IMG/VR virus record: IMGVR_UViG_3300022666_000111
DNA length: 64,000 nt
Reading direction: 5' to 3' (one strand)
DNA from: a virus
Taxonomy: Duplodnaviria > Caudoviricetes
Part shown: positions 56,296 through 63,848 of the stretch, in pieces
Numbering within the stretch: position 1 is the first letter of the stretch
Layout of the letters: each line of letters opens with the position of its first letter
The notes under the pieces: generated by a model
Told to the model about the DNA's origin: nothing
Seen by the model: only the letters and a program-made list of their open reading frames with translations
Database searches by the model: none
Position numbers and translations under genes: made by a program

Positions 56296-56814
56296 ATGAC
56301 GACCTCTGGCATCGTGACCAAGCCAAACCCTCAAGACCTGTGGGAGCCGACCAACGTTGGCCTATGGGAGAGGGTCAACGACTTGGCTCAAGGCAGGATC
56401 AAGGAACTCAAAGGCAAGGACACCACGTATCACGCCCCAAGGGATGGCGCGGGGTTCAAGGAGTTTCCCTCACCACGTGCCAATGGGTGGTGCGTGAGGA
56501 TCTACAACCTTGCCGGGGGACGTTGGCGCAAAAAGGGTGAGACGCGAACCTTCCTTCTCACGGGGAACATGGTTGAGAAGGTCGTTGAGCGGCACCAAAC
56601 CAAGCTGGCGAAGATGCTCGGAGAGGACATTCGTCGCAGCATGGCCCGCTATCAAGAAGGGCCGAGCCGCGAATGGCACCAGTGTAACGGATGCTCCTTA
56701 TGGGTTGCCACCGAACCTCGCATTGTCACGGCGGCGCAGCCTGGCATCTGCCTTCGCTACCAATTCAGAACAATCGATAAGGGGTGGTGCCCCACACATC
56801 ACACGATGGAGTAA
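56296..56814 (+). CDS. Hypothetical protein (FPSPRANGW motif, C-terminal CxxC...C...C)
   Basis: Start uncertain (56284 or 56296); contains MVEKVVERH variant tag. Confidence 0.5.
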   Translation: MTTSGIVTKPNPQDLWEPTNVGLWERVNDLAQGRIKELKGKDTTYHAPRDGAGFKEFPSPRANGWCVRIYNLAGGRWRKKGETRTFLLTGNMVEKVVERHQTKLAKMLGEDIRRSMARYQEGPSREWHQCNGCSLWVATEPRIVTAAQPGICLRYQFRTIDKGWCPTHHTME

Positions 56815-56819
56815 CAACC

Positions 56820-57380
56820 ATGGCTATGATCGGCCTGCGTATGCCTGCCGAGACAGGTAGGCTGCTTTCAGAGATTTCCGTCGAAGGGGAGGCGGTTGAT
56901 TTCGGCCACGCCCACGTGACGGTCGTCTACCTTGGTGATGACGTCCCTCTCCCGGCTGTCTTGAAGGCCGTGGAGGTCTGCTATGACGTGGCGCAACGAA
57001 TGCGTCCGATCAAGTGCAGCACGCGTCACACGTTCTGCTTCCCTCCATCGGATGAGGGAAAGCATCCAATCATCTGCCCGATTGATTCCCCAGACCTACA
57101 TGTCCTCCATGCAGGGATCACCGCAGGGCTTGACGCTGCGGGCGTCGAGTACAGCAAGAAGTGGCCGGAGTATAGGCCGCACACGACGTTGGCCTATGCC
57201 GACGCGCCTTACCCCGTGATCGACTTCGATCCGATCGAATGGACGGCTTTCGAGCTGACCGTATGGGGTGGGGATCATCGGGATTCGCGGATAGTCATCG
57301 CGATCCCGTTCTACTTCAAAAGTGACGCCAAGTTGGCCGCCAGGGTAGCCGCCCGGTGGCTTGGGCAAAACGCAGGCTAA
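56820..57380 (+). CDS. 2H phosphoesterase (LigT/Acb1-like)
   Basis: HVTVVYLG and YRPHTTLAY HxT motifs; C-terminal LAARVAARWL tag. Confidence 0.85.
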   Translation: MAMIGLRMPAETGRLLSEISVEGEAVDFGHAHVTVVYLGDDVPLPAVLKAVEVCYDVAQRMRPIKCSTRHTFCFPPSDEGKHPIICPIDSPDLHVLHAGITAGLDAAGVEYSKKWPEYRPHTTLAYADAPYPVIDFDPIEWTAFELTVWGGDHRDSRIVIAIPFYFKSDAKLAARVAARWLGQNAG

Positions 57381-57661
57381 GCCACCTTCTCAACATCGCT
57401 TTCCAAGTCCGTCGAACGAATAGCCGGGCACGACCCCGTGTACCACACAACGGGGCGCTTGTTCGTGGATGCCGCCATCCTGTTGTGCTCAAGCCAAGCT
57501 AAGCAATTCCGTAAGAGGCTGCCGTTGAGGTGGGTTTCACGCGCCCATTTGAGCAATTGCGCCCACGTCCGGGGTTCGGAGAGGTACTCCTTAACGGGGG
57601 CGGCCCAGTCTTTCCAACGTGGATCTGTGATGGGAGGGGCGTTGTTGATGAATTTGGGCAT
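57377..57661 (-). CDS. Small winged-helix-like protein
   Basis: ATG 11 nt after GGTGTAG (57673-57679). Confidence 0.5.
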   Translation of the reverse strand: MPKFINNAPPITDPRWKDWAAPVKEYLSEPRTWAQLLKWARETHLNGSLLRNCLAWLEHNRMAASTNKRPVVWYTGSCPAIRSTDLESDVEKVA

Positions 57662-57672
57662 CGCCCCAGGGA

Positions 57673-58170
57673 CTACACCGAGGGGGAGGGCTTCCAGAAA
57701 GACAGGCAGTGATCCTTCGGTTCGTCTACGCTGACGTCTGGCATCCTGATCGTCGGCACGGCGGCCTCTTCAACAACGAATCGGAAGAATTCGTGTGTCT
57801 TCGGAACTTGACCAAACCGAATGTGCCCAACGGCTAGGAGGTGCGGGATGTCCCCGTATTTGGCCTCGGTTTCAGTATCGTACACGTCGTCGGCCTTCAC
57901 GTCCTTAGCGCGTAGCACAACGCCAAAGGTTGTCCGGGCTCGAGCGACGATGCGGGCAGCGTCCTCGGTATTGCCGATGGCTGTTGTGATGGCGTCAACC
58001 ACAGCCTTGAGGTGATCGTTTGCCGTTCCGGGGGTGGGAATGGTGACGAATAGCTCGACGGCCAGGTGAAGGGCGCGGAGGTTATTCTCGTCGCGTTTCA
58101 GGGCGTCTCCGCGTGTGGAAGCCTCAACGGAGCCAACGACCTTGTTATAGAGCGTGATGTCTGTGGCCAT
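57673..58170 (-). CDS. Hypothetical protein
   Basis: SD GGAG; stop within GGTGTAG. Confidence 0.55.
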   Translation of the reverse strand: MATDITLYNKVVGSVEASTRGDALKRDENNLRALHLAVELFVTIPTPGTANDHLKAVVDAITTAIGNTEDAARIVARARTTFGVVLRAKDVKADDVYDTETEAKYGDIPHLLAVGHIRFGQVPKTHEFFRFVVEEAAVPTIRMPDVSVDEPKDHCLSFWKPSPSV

Positions 58171-58209
58171 ACCCAGATCTCCCTATTGAAAGAAACGTTC
58201 GAGGTTCAG

Positions 58210-58983
58210 ATGCTACAAGTCCTACGTCTCAATAGCCAAGGTCCGATCGTGACGCAATGGCAGCAGTTCCTCCGGGGGCAGGGCTACTATGCTTGCGTAG
58301 TTTCGGGGATCTTCGACACCACTACGCAAAACGCCACCATCGAATTCCAGCGGGCGCACGGTCTTGATGACGACGGTGTCGTTGGGCAATTCACGTACTC
58401 CAAGGCGCTCAAGCTGGGGTTTGGGATCGTCACTGACGACGATCCTGACAAGAGCGGTCCCAATTGGCCTCCCAAGGGCACGTTGCGGGTACTCACGCTG
58501 GCAGAGCGTAAGGCTGCCTTCGGGGACTTCACCTTCGCCTCGGCGCCTGTTCCGGGCAACCCGGAGGCTATCCAAATCCACGGCTCGTGGGTCAAGGACA
58601 ACATCGTTCGCGTCACGGTGCCGCAGCTTGCGCCCTTCGTCGCCGGGGGTACCGTATCCTTCCACAAGAGCGCGGCGGACAAGCTCAAGGCGCTCTTTGC
58701 TGCTTGGGAGGCAGCGGGGTTGCTTGACCGGATCCTCACGTGGGACGGTGGCTGGGCGCCCAGGTTCGTGCGCGGAAGCCGAACGACGCTTTCCAACCAT
58801 GCGTGGGGGACCGCCTTCGATCTCAATGCCAAGTGGAACTACATGGGCGTCAGGCCCGCCCTTGTTGGCGAGAAGGGGTCGGTCAGGGAGCTTGCGGAGA
58901 TCGCCATGGGGCAGGGGTGGTTCTGGGGCGGGCACTACCCGGAGCGTCTTGACGGGATGCACTTCGAGTTGGTGCAACCGTGA
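58210..58983 (+). CDS. Endolysin: PG-binding domain + M15 peptidase
   Basis: WQQFL...FQ..HGL.DDGVVG..T; R...SNHAWGTAFDLN, WGG.Y...DGMHFE. Confidence 0.9.
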   Translation: MLQVLRLNSQGPIVTQWQQFLRGQGYYACVVSGIFDTTTQNATIEFQRAHGLDDDGVVGQFTYSKALKLGFGIVTDDDPDKSGPNWPPKGTLRVLTLAERKAAFGDFTFASAPVPGNPEAIQIHGSWVKDNIVRVTVPQLAPFVAGGTVSFHKSAADKLKALFAAWEAAGLLDRILTWDGGWAPRFVRGSRTTLSNHAWGTAFDLNAKWNYMGVRPALVGEKGSVRELAEIAMGQGWFWGGHYPERLDGMHFELVQP

Positions 58984-59225
58984 GGGACATCGGTCATGGG
59001 GTTTCAATCGAGGAGGCCATCTATGAGGGGCACCTCTACGGCTTCTGGTATGAGCATCCCGGGATAGGGGGAAAGCCCTGTTGGGGCTGGATCCCTATCA
59101 TATCGGAGAGCCCTTTGGGGTGGACGATCGTGTCGATGGATCCCTTGACGTTGAGCCCCTCACTGGTCTGCCGCCTATGTGGGCATCACGGGTTCATCCG
59201 TGAGGGTCGGTGGATTCCTGCCTGA
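58980..59225 (+). CDS. DUF6527-like small protein
   Basis: PLTLSPSLVC..CG.HGFIR.G.W. Confidence 0.6.
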   Translation: MRDIGHGVSIEEAIYEGHLYGFWYEHPGIGGKPCWGWIPIISESPLGWTIVSMDPLTLSPSLVCRLCGHHGFIREGRWIPA

Positions 59226-60072
59226 GTGGGGGCATCCGCAACTTCTCGGTGCGACGGCGAAGACTCAGGTTGTACGTATCCACGAAGTACTTGACACATT
59301 CCCTCATCATGTCCTTGGATCCTGGACCCATAGTCATACGCACGGCGGTTTTGATTCGAGCGTGTGCCATGACGGGCGTGACCCTCTGGAGACGGTCGAT
59401 GAGATGTGCTTGATCCAGGGCAGGGAATTGCGCCAAGAAGCAAGACATACCTCGAATCAAGGTCTGGTGGAACACATCGGGGTTCCCATCCGGGCACCAT
59501 GCAAGCAGCACGCGAATCGTCTGGTCGAGATTCTTGTTGACAACATGCACCCACCGGACGGCATTGACCGCATTGATGTTGTGACTTCGACGAACATTGT
59601 GCATTCCAACACCATGCACTTTGAGAATGCTTGAGATCTCCGTCACGGTCGCATCTTGGTAGTGCGCTTGCGCCTTGAAGTGCTCTACAGGGGTGCAAGC
59701 TATACGGCGCCCCTGTCCATTTCCGTTGTAGAAGTCGTAGAGCATAGACTCTTGCGCAGACGTGAGTCCCTCATACACAAGACAGGGGAGCGGTGTATCC
59801 CCATAACCACTTCGGACAGCAGCAGTGGCACGCTGCTGTCCGTCAATGGCAAAGTACGCATTGTCACGGTAGGAGACAATGAGTGCTCCCGCAATGGCCG
59901 GGTTGAAGCTCTCCGTCATGAGAGCTACATGCCGCACTTTCAGATCGCGCTGGTACCTTGGATCGCAAATCAGGTCGCACGGGCGCAGCATCTTGGTCTT
60001 CGGGGGCGTGACGCTCCGGAGAAAGGCTGCGAACTCTTCGGCTGTGACTGTCCTTTTCTTTCGATCTGCCAT
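59194..60072 (-). CDS. ParB/Srx-fold protein (DUF6551-like)
   Basis: DPRYQR, IDGQQR..A, E..LY..YN. Confidence 0.75.
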   Translation of the reverse strand: MADRKKRTVTAEEFAAFLRSVTPPKTKMLRPCDLICDPRYQRDLKVRHVALMTESFNPAIAGALIVSYRDNAYFAIDGQQRATAAVRSGYGDTPLPCLVYEGLTSAQESMLYDFYNGNGQGRRIACTPVEHFKAQAHYQDATVTEISSILKVHGVGMHNVRRSHNINAVNAVRWVHVVNKNLDQTIRVLLAWCPDGNPDVFHQTLIRGMSCFLAQFPALDQAHLIDRLQRVTPVMAHARIKTAVRMTMGPGSKDMMRECVKYFVDTYNLSLRRRTEKLRMPPLRQESTDPHG

Positions 60073-60718
60073 GATGACTCTCCAATAGGTTGCGGACGTT
60101 CTTTCCAAGTGTGTCAGCCGCCTTTCTCAAGGCTTGGGCAACGGTATAGAGGGCTTCCAACCCCTCCTTAGAGTCCTTGTAAATGGCTGCAATCTCTGGA
60201 TCGGTTGCAACAAGCGTGGTGCCGTAGACGTACTCATCCAAGCGCGAGGCAAGCTCCATGACTTTATCGTTGCGCGGTGGCACCAATCCCATCTTCCGTT
60301 TGATGTAGTGGACCGTGTGGTAAGGTAGGCACATCTCTTGTGCGACCTCAGAGGGTGACTGTGTTTTGAGCAAGTCTTGAACCTTCGCCCGAACAGCATC
60401 GGTTAAGGGGGCACGCCTACCACCATTGAACATGGGATGCTGACCGTTTTCAAGAATGGTTACGGTGGGCGCTTTCGGAGCGTCATTACCACTCAACGAA
60501 GTCAGCTCTTGCTGTCTGAGGGAGATGTACTTGCGGATGCTGTCCCGCTGATAGGCACTCATTGGTTCCTTATGCTTACGAGCACGATCGATGAGGTCCG
60601 GCAGAGTTTTACGCTCCTTGAAAATCTGAGCCGATACATCCTCAAGCGATGTCTTTTCCGGAACCACTTGAAAAAGGCGGATAATGTCAAGGTCTTTCGG
60701 AGGCTTTGATGCTTTCAC
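59864..60718 (-). CDS. HTH-containing hypothetical protein
   Basis: SPSEVAQEMCLPYHTVHYI helix-turn-helix; SD AGGAGGAG. Confidence 0.55.
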   Translation of the reverse strand: MKASKPPKDLDIIRLFQVVPEKTSLEDVSAQIFKERKTLPDLIDRARKHKEPMSAYQRDSIRKYISLRQQELTSLSGNDAPKAPTVTILENGQHPMFNGGRRAPLTDAVRAKVQDLLKTQSPSEVAQEMCLPYHTVHYIKRKMGLVPPRNDKVMELASRLDEYVYGTTLVATDPEIAAIYKDSKEGLEALYTVAQALRKAADTLGKNVRNLLESHHGRSKEKDSHSRRVRSLSPERHAPEDQDAAPVRPDLRSKVPARSESAACSSHDGELQPGHCGSTHCLLP

Positions 60719-61638
60719 CGTGCTCCTCCTTGTCTACGGGCGGTTCGATTAGGGGGCAGGCCGCGACCCGCCCGTTGAGTTGACTCACAGATCTCGAAGT
60801 ACCAATCCGGGCGGATGATCCCTCGTAAGACACGGGCAGCCTCCTCACGATCCTCCTCCGAGGCGTCTACCCGTATGTAGGTGTCCACCGTAGCAAGCAG
60901 CGACTCGAGCTTGGCCGGGCGGACGTTGAAGCACATTTGCTGGCCCTGGCTTTCGGCGTGTTCAATCAAGCCGACGCGGGCAAGGCAGTTGAGCGTGGTG
61001 AGGACGTAGTTGTAGAAGAGCTTGCCGCCGTAAGGGCCGATCGTGAACTCCTCAGCGAACTTGAAGGCATTGACCAAGCCGGTCTTCGTGGCAACCTTCT
61101 GAATGACTTGGAGGGGTGACACGACCTCATGAGGCTTAGCCGCCCGCACCCGGTCGCCCTCTTGGATGTAGTAAACGCCCCGGTAGTGTGTCAGGTAGTT
61201 GTGAAGCGCGTCATACGCCTTGTTGTCCTCACCGTTTGCCTGCCAGGCGCCTAGATCCACCAGGACCCTGTGTATCTCTGGCGTAGTGAGCGCCTTGTCT
61301 TGAAGCAGCGATGTCAAGTAGGCCGTGACGCGCGGGATGTCCCAAATGCGACGAGCCGATCGGGAAGACTTTTGACTTGCATCCGAATGCGTAGTGACTG
61401 CGCTCTGTGGGACACTCGAGTCGAGAATCTCTCCCAGATCTTGTTCCGGAATGCTCAGGAGCACCGCAAGTTTGGGAACCGAGAGGCCCATCACCATAGC
61501 CTCTCGGACAACCCTCGCCAGTTGCAGACGCGCTGTAATCAGGCGTTGTTGAAGGGTTCGGGCTTCCTCATTGACGGCCGTCCACCCAGAGGACGCCTCC
61601 GCGAGGGCCAGGTACTCATCATGAGTCAAGGGTATCAT
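60715..61638 (-). CDS. Multi-HTH / winged-helix protein
   Basis: GLSVPKLAVLLSIP, LTTPEIHRVL; ATG 9 nt after GGTGTAG (61648-61654). Confidence 0.55.
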   Translation of the reverse strand: MIPLTHDEYLALAEASSGWTAVNEEARTLQQRLITARLQLARVVREAMVMGLSVPKLAVLLSIPEQDLGEILDSSVPQSAVTTHSDASQKSSRSARRIWDIPRVTAYLTSLLQDKALTTPEIHRVLVDLGAWQANGEDNKAYDALHNYLTHYRGVYYIQEGDRVRAAKPHEVVSPLQVIQKVATKTGLVNAFKFAEEFTIGPYGGKLFYNYVLTTLNCLARVGLIEHAESQGQQMCFNVRPAKLESLLATVDTYIRVDASEEDREEAARVLRGIIRPDWYFEICESTQRAGRGLPPNRTARRQGGAR

Positions 61639-61733
61639 GGTGAGCCCCTACACCGCAAGTGGTGGGAGGCTCAAAGAATATTTGGTTTTAAGAGCTGCGG
61701 GGTGTCGGAGGGGAGCGTTGGCAGTGTCGAGTG

Positions 61734-62687
61734 TCAGGAGTCTTTGTCAACGAGGGGGAGCTTCGACCACTCGTCAAGGGTGACGTCCTTGTACCAGGGG
61801 CGTTCATCGGTCATGATGATGCGGCGGGTAGCGCTGATGATCTCGCGCCAATCCTGCTCACCGTCACGACGCTCGGACCCAAAGACGCGGATCTTGCGTC
61901 CGGGCTTGTGAATGATGAATTGCGCCCAGTACTTGTGTTCAGGATCGTTTTCCACGGACATCCGAACGTAGGCGGTCTTGCCGTAGGACGTGTGGACGAA
62001 GACGTCAGCCGGGGCCTTCTGCGAGGCACGGTAGGGCTCCACCGTAGCGTTGATGGTGAAGGACGTCTTCGGATCCTGAACCTTGCGGCCAGACTCCGTC
62101 ACGATGACGAGGTACCGCTGGTCGTCGATGGTATAGGGGGCGACGGCCGCACGGCCTTTCCCTTGCTCCATAACACGGGGAAGGACCTCTTCGCGAGCGA
62201 ACTTGCAGAGCTGTTGAAGGTGTGAAGGCTCTCCTTTTGCCTCGTAGATGGCTTCACCCTCTTGCGCGAGGTCTCGCAAGAGGTCGCTGATGTCTGGATC
62301 AAGCGTCTCGACCGTCACGGGGGCGTCTTCGGGCTCGGGCTCAATGGCGGGCACCGGCGCCTCAAGGGTCGCCAAGGCGGCATGAGCTTGTTCAAGGGCC
62401 GGTACCGCTAGCTCCTTGAACATGGGGGCCGTCTTCCCGCTGTTGACCACGATCTCGCGGAACATGCTCTGCGCCTTACGGTATTGCGAACGAACGCGCT
62501 GATAGACCTTCGGCGCGTAGTTCATGCGCTGGCATGTATCTGCCAAGAGGTGATGCCATTGATCCGCTACGGACTGCATCCCCAAGTGGTGGTTTGTGAC
62601 CAACGCGGCCACAAGAAGACGAATGACGACAGACTCTGATCCAAATTGAGTACGTTCCATAACTTCACCGTAGGTCCACACGTTCAT
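61734..62687 (-). CDS. Hypothetical protein
   Basis: Long ORF with phage-like codon usage. Confidence 0.6.
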   Translation of the reverse strand: MNVWTYGEVMERTQFGSESVVIRLLVAALVTNHHLGMQSVADQWHHLLADTCQRMNYAPKVYQRVRSQYRKAQSMFREIVVNSGKTAPMFKELAVPALEQAHAALATLEAPVPAIEPEPEDAPVTVETLDPDISDLLRDLAQEGEAIYEAKGEPSHLQQLCKFAREEVLPRVMEQGKGRAAVAPYTIDDQRYLVIVTESGRKVQDPKTSFTINATVEPYRASQKAPADVFVHTSYGKTAYVRMSVENDPEHKYWAQFIIHKPGRKIRVFGSERRDGEQDWREIISATRRIIMTDERPWYKDVTLDEWSKLPLVDKDS

Positions 62688-62726
62688 CAAGGACGGGAGG
62701 GCGGACGTTCACCCGTCAGAACGTAC

Positions 62727-63149
62727 CTACACCGGGTCGTCGTCGGAATCCTCAATAAGGTGGTCAAAGACGGTTTTTGACTGCTTCTTAGGCTTGAAGG
62801 GTCTGATAGGGGGCAGCTCTAGCAGGAGGTGGTCAAAAAGGGTGACTTCCTGTGGCGGGGGCTCCTGGTACGTATTCTGAACCGTGGCGTTTGGGGTCTC
62901 CACCACGATCACGTTTGACTCACCGTCCATAGGAGGGTAACGGCTTGGGAGGTGGTGGAGCGCCCGGTTACGTGGCTGGGTCTTGTCCGATACCAAGGTC
63001 ACCTCCACCGACCATCCTGGGGAATCCGCGTCTTCGGTTACGTTGACGCTCACGACGAAGGGGTCCCGGCTGAGCCCTCTGGCGTGTAGCTGAAAAGCTT
63101 CTCGCGCCTCAAACGGATAATACATGCGCCAGGTGACTTGCGAGGGCAT
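62727..63149 (-). CDS. Hypothetical protein with two FDHL acidic motifs
   Basis: TLFDHLLLE and KTVFDHLIEDSDDD. Confidence 0.6.
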   Translation of the reverse strand: MPSQVTWRMYYPFEAREAFQLHARGLSRDPFVVSVNVTEDADSPGWSVEVTLVSDKTQPRNRALHHLPSRYPPMDGESNVIVVETPNATVQNTYQEPPPQEVTLFDHLLLELPPIRPFKPKKQSKTVFDHLIEDSDDDPV

Positions 63150-63185
63150 GCCCGATGCTACACCATCGGTGTAGGTGCATCCATG
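63147..63185. promoter_or_regulatory. Symmetric bidirectional unit CAT-N8-CTACACC-ATC-GGTGTAG-N8-ATG
   Basis: Directly visible between divergent start codons 63149 and 63183. Confidence 0.8.
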
Positions 63186-63848
63186 GCTTTTCGTTCAGAT
63201 CCTGTGAACTTGCTCTATTACGAAAACCTCGCACACCGTCCTCCAACGGAGATGGTCTATGCGGTGGACACGGCGTCGGCAACGATCTACACACAGAACG
63301 TCGGTGCGAACGTGCGAACCGTGGAGCGATCAAGGCTAAGAGTCCCGGTCTTCTCCTTTCAAAGGCCCTCCGACCTCAACAACATAGCGGTCAGCGTCAT
63401 CACGGCGGCGGCGCAGGAGTCGGCCAACACAACACGTCCGCCTATCTATGCCGGGGAGAGCCCCCTTGAGGTCTTGTACGAGGCGAGGAGGGTGCTGGAG
63501 TCTGAGAACGTCCCATTCCACGCGATCCTCCTACATCCAAGCTACCTCCGATTCGTAGACGGCCTTGATGACGACATCCCCTGCTACGTCCATGACGACG
63601 CACCAGCGGGGGCGGTCCTCTACCTCCCGGACCCTGCCTACCTTGGTGTCGTTTCGGTTTTCGAGAATGTGGCAGCCATACACGTCCGGGGGCCGATCGC
63701 GACGATCCTCACGGACCCATCAAGCCGATTCCGGAACATTCGGCATCCGATGGTCATCCCGACACAGGTTAAGCCCAAGGCGCCTGTGCCATCCGATCCG
63801 CAGTACCGTGACGTTTGGAGGCACCTTGAGGACGACGACCTCTTCTAG
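63183..63848 (+). CDS. Shortened major-capsid-protein-like paralog (tentative)
   Basis: RLRVPVF, AILLHP, APAGAVLYLPDPAYLG..SVFENV resemble HK97-fold capsid segments of large phages; RDVWRHLEDDDLF tail. Confidence 0.45.
   Translation: MAFRSDPVNLLYYENLAHRPPTEMVYAVDTASATIYTQNVGANVRTVERSRLRVPVFSFQRPSDLNNIAVSVITAAAQESANTTRPPIYAGESPLEVLYEARRVLESENVPFHAILLHPSYLRFVDGLDDDIPCYVHDDAPAGAVLYLPDPAYLGVVSVFENVAAIHVRGPIATILTDPSSRFRNIRHPMVIPTQVKPKAPVPSDPQYRDVWRHLEDDDLF

Noticed and set aside
535-63149. TAG stop-codon reassignment or read-through
   Set aside because: Conserved genes are full length in the standard code, and TAG-to-ATG gaps of 8, 10 and 11 nt are out of frame.
452-63174. GGTGTAG as an alternative Shine-Dalgarno sequence
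   Set aside because: Only GGTG pairs with the canonical anti-SD; distant copies are followed by a normal SD; the box also occurs at a fixed 13-nt distance from GTTGATC. Disfavoured rather than excluded.
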